DNA of 64,000 nt from positions 59,664,508 through 59,728,507 of the forward strand of contig NC_068983.1 in the NCBI RefSeq assembly GCF_001194135.2, read 5' to 3'. A program made the translations under genes and the position numbers. This document shows positions 40,135-53,331 of this stretch, one piece after another. Positions within the stretch are counted from its first letter, which is position 1; every line of letters starts with the position of its first letter. The notes under the pieces are model-generated. The model did no database searches. It was not told the origin of the DNA and saw only the letters and a list, made by a program, of their open reading frames with translations. Origin of the DNA: Octopus bimaculoides (lineage: Eukaryota).

Positions 40135-41106
40135 NNNNNNNNNNNNNNNNNNNNNNNNNNNNNNNNNNNNNNNNNNNNNNNNNNNNNNNNNNNNNNNNNN
40201 NNNNNNNNNNNNNNNNNNNNNNNNNNNNNNNNNNNNNNNNNNNNNNNNNNNNNNNNNNNNNNNNNNNNNNNNNNNNNNNNNNAAGTTATTGAAGATGATG
40301 ATGAACAGTTGTATGGTTTGAACTAAGCTTTATTGCCAATTCTTCAACTGATAATGCAGGATTTTCTTCAAGTAATGCCTCAAGGAGCTTATCATCAAAC
40401 TCAACTGGACGTCCTGTTCAATCTTCATCTTCAAGGCTGAAATCTCCACTTCTGAATTTTGTAAACCATCTTCTGCAAGTTCTTTCATTCAAGCATTCTT
40501 TCCCATAAACTGAATGTATGTTTCAAGTCGCTTTGGCTGCAGAGTTTGCTTTTTATGGACTTATGAAGCATTATGTGCCTTAAATGCTTTTTGAATACTT
40601 TCATGTTAGAAAGGGCTTTAATCAAAGAAATTTTAATCCTATTATTCTGTAAAATAATATTTAATTAGTTTAAATATACACAAATGCATAACAATGCATA
40701 ACAATTTTAAATTCCATTAGACATTCTAAAATACTATTAAATTTTATTCAATTTTAAAAACGGTAAAATTGGACAGAACTTATGGGATGACCTGATATAT
40801 GTATGTATGTATTTGTATGCATGTATGTATGTATGTGTATGCATGTGTTTGTGTGTGTTAGTTGATATATTTGTTTACATTGGGCTAAAACCAATGCTAC
40901 GTTTTCCAAAATGTATTGTTATAGAGATGAGTCAAACAGCTAGTAAAAACGAAGTGTTTTTCACCTGAGGAGACACATCTGCACCAAGGATGCATGACAA
41001 TTGTTTGTGCAGCATCTCACCTATAAGGCGTCGGTGCATGATGGGTCAAAACAATCATAGCGGTTCTGAATATTGAGTCTCAATGGATTCCATTTTCTAT
41101 CTTGCA
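39860..41106 (+). repeat. Pair of ~212-bp direct repeats (39860-40071 and 40894-41106)
   Basis: Collinear, roughly 85% identical by eye; each copy is followed by (TA)n(CA)n. Confidence 0.9.
40283..40795 (-). mobile_element. Mariner transposon 5' half (TIR plus N-terminal HTH region of the transposase)
   Basis: MKVFKKHLRHIML...ERTCRRWFTKFRSGDFSLEDED*TGRPVEFDDKLLEALLEENP; terminus TA|TCAGGTCATCCCATAAGTTCTGTCC. The rest is lost in the gap. Confidence 0.88.
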
Positions 41107-41125
41107 GATTATATATGCACATACA

Positions 41126-41173
<48 letters not shown>

Positions 41174-43485
41174 CATACATAGGAAGGTGGATGTTAAACG
41201 ATGATGATGATGATGATGATGATGATCCAATATGTCTAAACTTACAACACTTAGATCTTTGGATCTTACAATTACATATTGATATATATGTGTGTGTGAG
41301 CATTCTTTGTGTTATGGTTCTTTATGTACACTAACCTAGCAGATCAACAAATAGGATAGATGCATTTAGTGCTAGCCTAAAATAAGTACTGAAAAATGAT
41401 GTGATCACTTAAATTGTTGCTTCAGCATGGCTGAAAAGGAGTAAGATAATTATGATAAGTTGCATTTTCATAAATGTGAATGCTTATACATCTATAACTG
41501 ATACTGACTTATTATATTTTATGCTGTCATAGCCTCCTCATATCATATCTTCCAATTTATTATTACTTCTATACTATACATATATCATTTTGAAAAATAA
41601 ATATTTCTGTACTTTTTATTTCTGATAATTATTATCCTTTATTCTTCTGTCTTTAGATATCTGACAGGTTGCCAATTCTTGGTTCTAAAATAGTCAACTT
41701 ATAGATTGAATATGTTTTACAATGTAAGAATAATGTTTCTAATTATATTATGCTGAATAGAGTGAATATATATTAATCAATATGCTTTTAGAAATACATT
41801 CTAGTTTGTTTTTGGTTTTGGTTTGTGTGTGTGCGTGTGTGTGTACGTACCTGATATCTTATATTTTATCTATTGCAATCTTAGAGTCTCTCGTTGAAGA
41901 AATTACTGAGTTGATGTATTAGTGTTCAACTTTATATTGATTTTCATTTGCATTTACCTTTCAAAAATCAGCTTTAAGAATTATGCCTGCATGATGCTAT
42001 ATTCAAAGTGTCTTATGTAAGCTGAACAATTGACCGTCATGATGGCACCAAACAAAGTTGAAATTAGGCATCAGTGAATGAAATAGAAAATAAGTAATGA
42101 AAATGATATTTGAATGTATGTATTACTGAAGGAATGAATTTATTTAACAAATCTAATAGCTACTATCACTGCCATAATGATTAACTATGTGAATTTATAT
42201 ATGTATGAAAGTATATATTTCTTACTGTGTTTGTGTCTGTGTGTTTTTCTGAATGAATAGATGAGGAAATATAGGAATATACCTAGGCTTATGAGTGAGT
42301 TATGTTGAAGAATGAACTGTACTGCTTGTGGTATACGATATATATTTTGAATTTAATATGAAGAAATAAACTAAAGGATATTTGATATTTGTTAAGATAT
42401 TGAAATGTGCACAGTGGAAATTTACTCTTAATTATAAAAAAAAATATGCATTTAGATTTCATGAGTACAAGTACTTGTATGAAAATACTAAGAACAATAT
42501 CGATAACATTAAATATCTAATGATAAGTAAAATTGCCATAATAATGTATTAACTACTGAGATAATCTTCTGAAATTTCTCACTAAGAAGCTTTGATTTTT
42601 TTTTTAATTCTGAAAGAAAAAAATTTAGTTCTCGTCTTAAGTAATATGTTTTTCATAATATTGCAAAGTTATTCTGAAAATTGCTCCCAACATTGCTTTC
42701 TCTCAAAGTGTTCTTATTTACTTACAAGTGATGACTTTTTACCAAAATAATGTTATATGCTGTTCTTTAAGATAATTGCCACATTTTTTTAAAATTTTAG
42801 CCTCCCAAAATGTTATTAACAATTCTGAATAAATATTTTCCATTTGTTTTACCTATATAATGGCATATTTTACTCCTCTTCAAAATTGCATAGCATACTC
42901 ATTCTCTTCTTCCGTTCTTTCAATTTCCTTCTTTCCATTTCTTCCATCTGTCTCTACCATTCTTTATCTATCTATGAATCTATCCACTTATATTTCTATC
43001 TATCTGGCAGTCTGTCTGTCTATCTATGTCTCTCTTTTTGTCTCCATGTATTACAAATATTTCTATTAAGGTAAAGAAAAAAGAAAAGAAATTGTCCCAT
43101 GCTTAGTTGAATGAAAGCTTATAAAACCAGAAATCTTTGAAGTACACTTGCAGCGCAAATATATTAGTTTCATCTGGCAAGGCAAGCATTAAACTACATT
43201 CAGTTTCCTTGTTAAGGGGTAGCTGTTTAATTTTTATCTTGTAGCTGCAGATTTGTCCTTTTGGAAATACCTTATTTGCTAAAGAACAGCATCTCTTAGT
43301 TTTAAGCAATCTGGTTGATAACTGGTTGATCTTTTACTTATGCAATTCACAGCTATTCACTGTAAAAGTAAAAATTAAAAAAAGAAATTTTCTAAATGTC
43401 CTTATATGAAACTGAATATGTGAGTGATTTCAAATGTGCATGAATACAAGCATGTAATTGTGCTTTTGTACATATTCATACATCT

Positions 43486-43529
<44 letters not shown>

Positions 43530-43663
43530 NNNNNNNNNNNNNNNNNNNNNNNNNNNNNNNNNNNNNNNNNNNNNNNNNNNNNNNNNNNNNNNNNNNNNNN
43601 NNNNNNNNNNNNNNNNNNNNNNNNNNNNNNNNNNNNNNNNNNNNNNNNNNNNNNNNNNNNNNN

Positions 43664-43696
<33 letters not shown>

Positions 43697-44875
43697 GTAG
43701 GTATATGTATGTATATTTGTATATACACACATACATATATATATACACACACATACATATATATATACACACACAAATATATGATTGCTAAAGCCATGGT
43801 TAGATGAAACCATGCTCAGTTTGAAAACTCATTGGTTATGTTTACATGTCAGTTTACTTTAATCAAGTTTAAAGTTTATGATAAAAAAAAAATTATAAAG
43901 ACGATATCAAACCTGTAAAATATGGAAATAAAGATGCTCTTGTCCTACTGATGAAAATACCTCCTGAATGAAGTCACAGAGTAAACCAATTAAAGTGCCC
44001 TGTGCAAAGAGTCGTTAAGCTGTTCTAGCCATACTTCCAAATGACTGGCTTAGCAACTTCATTGCATGGAGTTCTTCCTTTGGTGCTGACACCACCCACA
44101 AGACAGATGCTGTGCACAATGTTACGGAACGGATCTCCATCTGACTCTCTCATAGTGTATTCAAGGATTCCAGAAATTATTTGTAATCAGAATGTAAGCA
44201 ATGAAAGCAAAAAGAATAAAAGATTTATATAATTTATCCTTATGGTGTTAATTTTCTTTGTTAATTTGTGAAATAGTTTTTCCTATTTTTGTAATAGTGA
44301 CGTGCATTTGATAAATTCAGAAAAAAGCATATAGGATATTTTTTTCATTTTCCTTTTTAGTGAAAAAATATGTTAAAACAGCAGAACACTTAAATGAAAT
44401 TGTGAAATCCATACCAATATTTTATGGACATCTCCGCTATACCTTAATTCTAATAAGGCATTGACTGAAACAAAAATTCATTTTAGAGTGAAATATAATA
44501 GATAAAACAATAAAATGCAATTCTTTGTTTTAACTGTTTAAATTTGTAATTGTTGTGATTAAAAAAACAAAAGCAAAGCAAAAGCAATTATTAAAAACAG
44601 GCTACTGTGAAGGAATGTTGCTACTTCTTCGATTCCTGTGTCTTCTGAAAATTTTGCTTAATATTTTCTGAGGATAGCGAAAATATTAAAGCAAATTTAA
44701 TATTTTGTTTAATATTAAATTTGGTTTTAATATTGCTTAATTGAATTTTCAGAACTGTTTGTTAATATTTTGTTAACGAAGTAATCAAAGAACACCTGGA
44801 GCTTCTTTGTCATCAATTTTAGCAAAGCCAAATGACAAATAATTACAATCATATTCATATTTAATTTTTTTATAG

Positions 44876-44967
44876 ATATCTGCAAAGAACTGAAAGATGC
44901 AGATTTTACGTGTGAATTAATTGAACAAGAAGTTGATGCTTGCTTCAATCTCTGTGTCTTCTACTGA
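44876..44967 (+). other. Candidate phase-1 terminal exon or coding relic (xICKELKDADFTCELIEQEVDACFNLCVFY*)
   Basis: Acceptor atttaatttttttatag followed by 29 open codons of protein-like composition. Unrecognised. Confidence 0.3.
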
Positions 44968-46974
44968 GACTATGGCTTGCTTCACTAGTTTCTTTCTGCA
45001 TTTTTAGTAACTCCAGTTTTCTTTAACAAACTGTTTTGAATTTTTTTAATTGAAATAAAATTTACTGAAATGTATCATAAAAAAAAAATCACCAGATTTA
45101 TAAAGACACACAAACAGCAATACAACAAAGACATTAAAAGCAAAATGATAGCAGTGCAGTTTTTTTACAATGTTCTAATGAGGTCATGCATGCATTGAAC
45201 TGATGGTGGCACTTTGCATAAGTTAACTTATTACTTTGAAAAAGCTGATTGAATAGCATTCATTTATAATTGTACTTTATTAAATTTTCTTAAAAAAATA
45301 CCTTCCCTCATTGAATCCCAGGAATTTATTGCAGAACCCACTTTTGAAAATAGTGTTTTGGAAGATTTATGAAGAAGTTGTTTATGCTGTTTGAATTAAA
45401 TGTTATTCAGTAATGAATAGTCAAGTCTGCTGATTCATTTTAATTGGAAAATAATTACTAAATCAAAAAAGATCACTGGAAAACCAATGATCTTTTGGAC
45501 TGGCCACCATAAAAGATTAATGCTGAAATTTCTTATGGACTGTTGCACTCATCTGGAGTTAAATTGCTACAAATTTAGAGTTTTGGTTCTATGGTTTTAT
45601 TCCACCCCAGCTCATTTAACCTTTGTGCTTTTTGAGGTTGATAAAGTATGCAAGACCAGCTGAAATTGTATTTGGGTTAGAACTTTCAGATTTTATACAT
45701 TACTGTGATAGCTGAGTAACTTAGGAGTTCAGCCTGAAATTCTGTCTAGGCTGGAGGTTAGGAATCATAACATTTGAAAAGGATTAAAAATAAAATAGAG
45801 CATGATAACATTTGAACCACAAACTTCTTGTCCTAAAGTTGTTATTGGCAATTCTTGATACAAAGAATTTTAATTATATGCCCACAGAACCACATCAAAG
45901 AGTTAAGAGACTTTTAAGAATGTAAATTCTCATTTTGTGAAATTCTTCCATTATATAAAAATTTGCTTTCTTTTTAATAACTATTTGGCATGGTTCTGAC
46001 TTGATATTAAATTGAAATCTAGTTTGTTTTTTTTAAAATTAAATTCTGATTTCTTGAATGTGTTCTGCCTTATTGAATGTATTTTGTCATCTACATTTTT
46101 AATAACAAATGTATTATTATTTCACAGGTTAAATTTGAATGTGTTTGTTTTTCAATATATCATTCTATTTTATTCTGCTTCATTTATAAGTTCTAAAAAG
46201 ACTTTTAAAAAGCAAAATCAGAATATGTTTTCGTTTTGTTTGTATGGTATTGTTGACTCTATATTCCACAATGGAATGTAGGCATTTTTCACTGAAAACA
46301 ATAGCATTTGTCATTTTATACTTGCATATTTTTTGAGTATATTCTTTTTTAAATGTACATTTACTATAATTGTTATCACTGTTTGTAAAGTGCAATAGAA
46401 AATATTATTTTCTATTGGAAAAACATTTAGAAAATACTTTTAAAAGCCAAGTCTAAATATTGATTTTTGTCAAAGTAATTAATATTCTGGTGTAAGTGAT
46501 GGGGCATATTCTATATTAGCCAGGGATCAGTTATATTTTTAAACAAGCAGCTCAGACAATTTTCAGTGGATTGTACTTTCACTTTTCACTGTATTGAATG
46601 TAAACACTTTTTGTTCAAAAGTCTTGCTTTACTTTCACATTATAACATTTCATATCTTTACAATGTCTTTATATAAAGAATATTAACAACTGTATATTCT
46701 TATATATCTTATATTTTTATATATCTTATATTCTTATATTTGAAAATTCTGAATCTTGACAATCTTCTTGATATTAATTCTACTTGACATTAATTCCTGA
46801 CTGATTCATAGCCCTTGATCCAAATTATGCCACCCAATATAACTAGATAAACAAGAACAGAAAGAATTCATGTTTTGTTCCAAGTAATTAAGACCAATGA
46901 CAGGAATGTGAAACAAACACGATACTTCAGTTAAAAAGCTGAAAGTCAATGGTTGTGTCATGCTTTGTCATATT

Positions 46975-47130
46975 TGTTTTTATTCTTTACACTCTGGGTT
47001 CAAATGCTGCCATGGTTAATTTCACCTTTCATCTTTTGGCATTGATGAAATAAAGTACCAGTCAAGTACTGGGGTTAATGATATCAAGTAACCTTCTTCA
47101 TTCAAAATTTCTGGCCTTGTCCTTAAATTG
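46975..47130 (+). mobile_element. SINE family C fragment
   Basis: ctgggttcaaatgctgccatggttaatttcacctttcatc...aagtaccagtcaagtactgggg. Confidence 0.7.
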
Positions 47131-47200
47131 GAATTAATTATTACTTTCTTATCAGTTTTAAAATCTAAAATTCAAATGTAATATATTTAGTAGCCATAAA

Positions 47201-47401
47201 TGTGACAAGCTGACAGAACTGTTAATACACTGAGCAAAATGCTTAGTGGCTTTTTGTCTGTCTTTATGTTCTAAGTTCAAATTCCACTAAGGTCAACTTT
47301 GCATTTCATCCTTTCGGGGTTGATTAAACAAGTACCAATCGAGCACTGGGGTCAATGTAATTTACCCTAAACATTTCTGGCTCTGTTCCAAATTTGAAAC
47401 C
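47201..47401 (+). mobile_element. SINE family C with 21-bp target-site duplication
   Basis: AATATATTTAGTAGCCATAAA at 47180-47200 and 47402-47422. Confidence 0.85.
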
Positions 47402-47844
47402 AATATATTTAGTAGCCATAAAGCACAACTACACATGCCCATTTTTTTCTTTATCTTTAATATATTAGTCTAAAATTATCCTTTATTATTTCTTCTGTAT
47501 AAAAAATAAGTAAATGAAATATGTGAGCAGATCAACAATATAGTACAGACAATATCTTGACTTTTATTTCATCTCTTCAAATTTACTGAAGTCACAGCTA
47601 CAGTTTCTAATTCTAACCATGGCAAATGAAAACAGGTATTCATGTTACTACTGTTGAAGTGAGTTAGATCTTTTCAATGACCTGAGTATCCAACATACAG
47701 TTTTAGGTGTCTTGAACTAAACAAAACTTTTATGTCAACTGACATACTTCGACGTCATTCAAAATAAGTCTTCCTTACATACCAATACACAAATCTATAA
47801 GTTCTTTTTATGATATGAAAAATACTTTAAAAACGTTATCTTTA

Positions 47845-48071
47845 TCTTTTGCTCGTTTCAGTGATTAGGCTGCAGCCATGTTGGAGATCCACCTTAAAGA
47901 ATTTTAATCAAATAAATCAACCCAAATGCTTATTTCTTGAGCCTGACACTTATTCTATTAGTCTCTTTTATTGAACTGCTAATGTACAGGGATGTAAACA
48001 CACAGGCACCAGTAGTAAAGTGTTGGTAGAGGACAAACACAGACACAAAGACACACATACACACACATGTT

Positions 48072-48105
<34 letters not shown>

Positions 48106-48235
48106 CAATGGGCTTCTTTTAATTTCCATCTCCCAAGTCCACTCACAAAATTTTGGTTGGCCTAAGGTTATTGTAGAAGACGCTTTCCCAAGGTGTCACA
48201 CAGTGGAACTCAACCTGAAACCATGGTTCGGAAAC
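47845..48235 (-). mobile_element. tRNA-derived SINE, family A
   Basis: Collinear with 5841-6218. Confidence 0.8.
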
Positions 48236-48789
48236 AACACACTGTCAATATTTTTTTTTTAAATTCATTTTTTTTAGTAATCAAAATTGAATTAACATTG
48301 AAAAATATAGTTGCTTAAGAAAATAATGATAATATTACTTTTGTAATCATTTCAATTGAACTAAGTTAATTAACAGCCAATTGCAGGCAAATTGATTTAT
48401 AATCATTGAATAGTAATTATACATATGACAAATGCATTTTTAAAATATTTAGTTCATTAAGTATTGTTCACTCAAAATATGAAAATTCTTAAAGAAATCA
48501 GAGATGCTGGTGAGGCAGATGAAATTCATATTCCTGTGATTAACAACAATGTATATGCATACTTAGAACAACAGACTGCAAACAAAGCAGATAGCATTTC
48601 TTTGTCAAATAAAATTACAGCTATTTCCCCTGAAAACATTAGAGACGTTGATAGAATATTATAGTTTGCAGAAATCCAATCAAATAGAATTTTAATTGGC
48701 TAAATTAAAATGAAGGTAATGTCAATAAGTAAAATGGTAATGAAAGTTATGTACTTGAAATATATCAGTAACTTCATATGTCTGCATTA

Positions 48790-49090
48790 CAGATATGATC
48801 ATCATCATTTTATGTCTTCTTTTCATGCCAGCATGTGTGGGATGGTTTGGCTGAAGGATCACATCCTACTCCAATGACTCGTTTTTGATATGCTTCTGTA
48901 GTTGGATATCTTTCCTAACACCAACTGCTTTATCAAGTCTATTATATGCATTTTTCATAGCGCCAACACTATAGAGGGTGTTTTGACATCAGCAAGACTA
49001 AAGAGCACTTCCATGCTCTGCTTTGTTGCAGTTTGGCTTGATTACCAATCACTGAGAGTATACTGGATGCTTTTTGTAACACCAGCTCTG
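48790..49090 (-). mobile_element. Family D module, degenerate
   Basis: gatcatcatc tail, gccagcatg, cctaacacc and tactggatgctttt. Confidence 0.55.
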
Positions 49091-50427
49091 TTGGGATTAC
49101 TTTGGAGCTTGCAAAGCAAAGGGGAACACCTCATGATAGGAAAGAGCAGCTATGTTGTGAGAAAATGGTAATGGAGTGAATAAGAGAGAAAAATGTTGAG
49201 GTGCGAGTGGAGAAAGAAGAAGAAGAGGAAGGAGGAGAGTATGAAGGAAAGGGAAGGGAAGAATATGAATTTGCATATGTATATATGAATAAAAGTTATT
49301 GTAATTTAGTGTTAATGTATTCATTGAAGGAGATACAAAAATGCTACTTACAGTAATTATGCAAAGAAGAAAACAATATTTGTCAATGACTTCTATTATT
49401 TCAATGATATCAGTAAGTATGGTAGACAACTCTTGACATTTTTCATGTCATTATGACTTTATCAGTGAAGTATGCACTTCACCATAATTGCCAAATTAGT
49501 AATGACAGAATCACTAAGTAAATGTAAGAGATAGCACATTTTTGATGTAGAAAAATTTGAATTGCTTACAGAGAGGCATCTCTTAGTTATTCTCTAAACA
49601 ATTTTATGTGATAGACATATGTAACATTACCATTGAAAGGAAAATATGTGATAATGTATAATGGAAATCAAAGCATGCATTTCATGCTAGCTGGGCAATT
49701 CTCACCAGACATTTTCCATTCAAATTCTAATGTTTACTTAGAGGAATCCAAAACACAAAAAAAGGAAAGAAAGAAGAAAACTTTAATCGATTTATCAAAT
49801 TCTTCTCATGAAAGGTTGTAGAATACCCAAAGCTACAAAATGGTAACTTACATAACAGTGCACCACACATGAAATAATATTTTGACAGGACAACCAGATA
49901 AAGTTTTTCTTTTGTGTTGAGAATATTCTTTCCTTCCTTCTGTTTGGATTAGTTTATGTAAATTTAAGATATTTTTTTTCTCTTTTCAAAATTTCTTATT
50001 TTTCTTTTTTTAGTACTTTTGGCTTTGAATCCCAACATTATGTTTCTAGTTTTCTAACAACACCAAATTAAAATAGATACTGGTGATTATAATGTGTTAT
50101 TTTTTTTATAACTTAGAAATAATGCTATCAGTATTAACTATGCTAAAACTAAATATATATTAAGCAATTTATCTCCCCTCTTTATTCAAGTTTTTACATG
50201 AGTGTGAATGTAACTAATCAACACTGTCTTCTATGCATGACTACATAAAACTTTCATGACTCTCAACGCACAGAAACAGTAATTTTATTTGCCATTTGCT
50301 GTGAATGGAATATCAGGCATATTTTTCTTTTCTGTGACTGATTTGTTTCTGCTACATTATTTTAATTTATCTTCTCTGTTTCTCAGCAAAGACATTTTCT
50401 ATTTATTTTACATATGTGTGTGTGTCA

Positions 50428-50830
50428 GGCTTTTTGCAGTTTCCAGCTGCCAAATCCACTGATAAGGCTTTGGTAGACCTGAGGTTATAGTAGAAGACAC
50501 TTACCTACTGTATGGAAACTTGGGCAAGTGTATCCTACTACAGACCGGAACTAACCAAAGCCATGTTAGTGGATTTCGAAGAGAGAGACTGAAAGAAGCC
50601 CAGCGTGTGTATTCTTGTCTTGACATCATATGATGAATGTAAAACAAGCATCACCATCATACAATCGATATTGCTTGTTTCCAGTTTTCCACAAAATTCA
50701 TATCAAGCAATGGGGAAACATTACCTTTCTTGGAAACAGGTAAGGGTCTGTGAAAGGAAAGGTATCCAGTTGTAAAAATATCTGCCCCAGGGAATTCTGT
50801 AAAAGTGGGCTTTGAATGATGAAGATGATA
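50428..50830. mobile_element. Head-to-head SINE pair: a minus fragment (50428-50505) abutting a plus copy (50522-50830)
   Basis: Both start at the same consensus position (gacacttgccc), giving an imperfect fold-back. Confidence 0.75.
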
Positions 50831-50939
50831 ATGATAAAACATAAAAACCAATGTGTTGCTGTTGTCAGTTAATATAACACAGCTAAGAAACAATTAAAAT
50901 AAGCAAAATTTAATTAATTATGGTAAAATCAGGAGAAAT

Positions 50940-51500
50940 TCTTGACCATTCGATACATTTAAACACATCCTCTTCTTTTCCTTTCTTGGCGAAACAGCGA
51001 TGTCATAAGAAAAATCAAGATTGTTTGTCATAGATATATCATTTTCACATGTTTTCATAAGTCAGCTTTCCTGAGATATATTGATAGAACTTTAGTTTGT
51101 GTTCAAATCCAGTTACAACTTCTTCATAGATAACATTTTACCTGGAGCATAATTGTTTCAATCAATCACATTTTATATAAAGGTCATAATTTGTATCATC
51201 TTCTTTTGACTGTATGTGAATGTCCCTCAGTTGAAAATAATGCCTTTGTGACATAAAACGATCCCTACTCATTAGACTAACAATACAGATATCACCAATA
51301 CATTCATATGTGCTCCTATACTTGATTATTATTATTGGCAGTTGCTTCCATAACATTTTTGAAGTACTCATTTCATCTAAACAGGTGGGCAGCCATTTAT
51401 TATCGTTCTTGGTTCATTTTAAATAGTTTCATATATTGAATTGTTTCTGTTTCCATCTTTCCCTAAAATTTGTTAGAAGAATAAATTTTTAAAAGATAAT
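50940..51500 (-). pseudogene. piggyBac (PGBD-like) transposase relic
   Basis: One minus frame: WLPTCLDEM...VSLMSRDRFMSQRHYFQLRD...YIKCD*LKQLCSR*NVIYEEVVTGFEHKLKFYQYISGK. This follows the piggyBac motif order WxPTTxDEM, MSRDRF, IDExxxxFxGRxxFxQYIPxK. No TIR or TTAA ends found. Confidence 0.75.
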
Positions 51501-51879
51501 CTACTGATCTTGTATCTCCTTTTAGGCTGTTACTGAGATGAGTTAATCAGAAGAAAACTCAGGGAAAATAATTGGAGTAAGATTGGGGTTATTCACCAAC
51601 ATTGAGCCAGTGTTATAGATTCTTTAATATATCTTAGTGTTGTGACCTCACTCTCTTCTTCCTCAGTTTCATCATAATATGGTAAATCAATATTAGTTTC
51701 TTTTATTGCAACTGTTCAAAGTATTTTTTTATATTGCCTTTCAGTAAAAAAACTTCAAAGTTATATTCAATTTGGCATCGATCGTTGGAAATTCCTGGTG
51801 GTATTCAGATGCTGCAGTGGTAATGTTGTAAAGCTTACATATTCCCCAAACTGTAAAACTTAAGAAAATTTTGGGAGAT

Positions 51880-52084
51880 AGATATTTGCTGCTCTCTATA
51901 GTAAGATGAGCTAGTAAATGACCAGATTAGTTTATGGAAAGCACCCAGTACACTCTGTAAAGTGGGTGGCATTAGAAGGAGCATCCAGCTGTAGATACCA
52001 TCAAAACAATGAAGCCTGGTATGGCTATCAGCCTTGCCAGCTCCTGTCAAACCATCCTACCCACACCAGCATGGAAAACGGATG

Positions 52085-52118
<34 letters not shown>

Positions 52119-52120
52119 GT
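51880..52120 (+). mobile_element. Family D module with (ATG)n tail
   Basis: aagcacccagtacactctgtaaagtgggtggcattagaaggagcatccagctgtag. Confidence 0.75.
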
Positions 52121-52718
52121 GAGAAGGAGGAGGATGTATATATATATATATATANNNNNNNNNNNNNNNNNNNNNNNNNNNNNNNNNNNNNNNNNNNNNN
52201 NNNNNNNNNNNNNNNNNNNNNNNNNNNNNNNNNNNNNNNNNNNNNNNNNNNNNNNNNNNNNNNNNNNNNNNNNNNNNNNNNNNNNNNNNNNNNNNNNNNN
52301 NNNNNNNNNNNNNNNNNNNNNNNNNNNNNNNNNNNNNNNNNNNNNNNNNNNNNNNNNNNNNNNNNNNNNNNNNNNNNNNNNNNNNNNNNNNNNNNNNNNN
52401 NNNNNNNNNNNNNNNNNNNNNNNNNNNNNNNNNNNNNNNNNNNNNNNNNNNNNNNNNNNNNNNNNNNNNNNNNNNNNNNNNNNNNNNNNNNNNNNNNNNN
52501 NNNNNNNNNNNNNNNNNNNNNNNNNNNNNNNNNNNNNNNNNNNNNNNNNNNNNNNNNNNNNNNNNNNNNNNNNNNNNNNNNNNNNNNNNNNNNNNNNNNN
52601 NNNNNNNNNNNNNNNNNNNNNNNNNNNNNNNNNNNNNNNNNNNNNNNNNNNNNNNNNNNNNNNNNNNNNNNNNNNNNNNNNNNNNNNNNNNNNNNNNNNN
52701 NNNNNNNNNNNNNNNNNN

Positions 52719-52825
52719 GGTTCCCTCAACTGTTAGGGTGTGGCACTTTTTCACGCAGCTATCCTCATCCATTCTCACCACATGTCCATACCAGCGCAAT
52801 CGTCTCTCTTGCACGCCACAACTGA
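52719..52825 (-). mobile_element. RTE LINE fragment, well preserved, running into a gap
   Basis: CGVQERRLRWYGHVVRMDEDSCVKKCHTLTVEGT contains the RTE RLRWYGHVxRM motif. Confidence 0.88.
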
Positions 52826-53331
52826 TGCTTCTAATATATATATATATAAGGATACATAAATACTTGTCCATCTTTTGTCTCTTTATAAATAAGGAAACAA
52901 AAGATGGATAGGTATTTACAGATGGCATTAAACCATTTAAAAAAGATGTTATGTTAATATAAACATATTTGGCAAAGAAAAAATATAATCCTTTATACGT
53001 ATTTGTGTAATGCACATCATTGCTTCAGCTAGCTACTCAGTTTTTGAAACAGTTCTATCAAAGACCAAATATTTTCTTTACTAAATATATTTTTGTTAAT
53101 GTAGCATCTTTTATAAATTATTTAATGTCTAATGTTTATCTATTTTTCTCATAACCAATCTTGTTTTGTCTGACTTTTTTTTACCCTCATTGAACAGTTG
53201 TAGATATGCAAAAAGTTTGCAATGAATACAAGTTAATGTTTACAGCACAGAGCATTAAAAAAATTAATTACAAATAAATAATCAGATAGAAAAGGGAAAC
53301 AGTATCAGTCCGACACTTTTCCCCTTTCTAG

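Noticed and set aside
43232-43354. 123-nt open phase 0-0 segment considered as CACNA2D exon 3
   Set aside because: The donor is weak (AAA|gtaaaa) and the translation does not resemble the alpha2-delta N-terminal helix.
44649-44698. AT-rich hairpin of about 19 bp with two bulges and a 10-nt loop
   Set aside because: It is almost entirely A/T pairs in very AT-rich sequence and is expected by chance.
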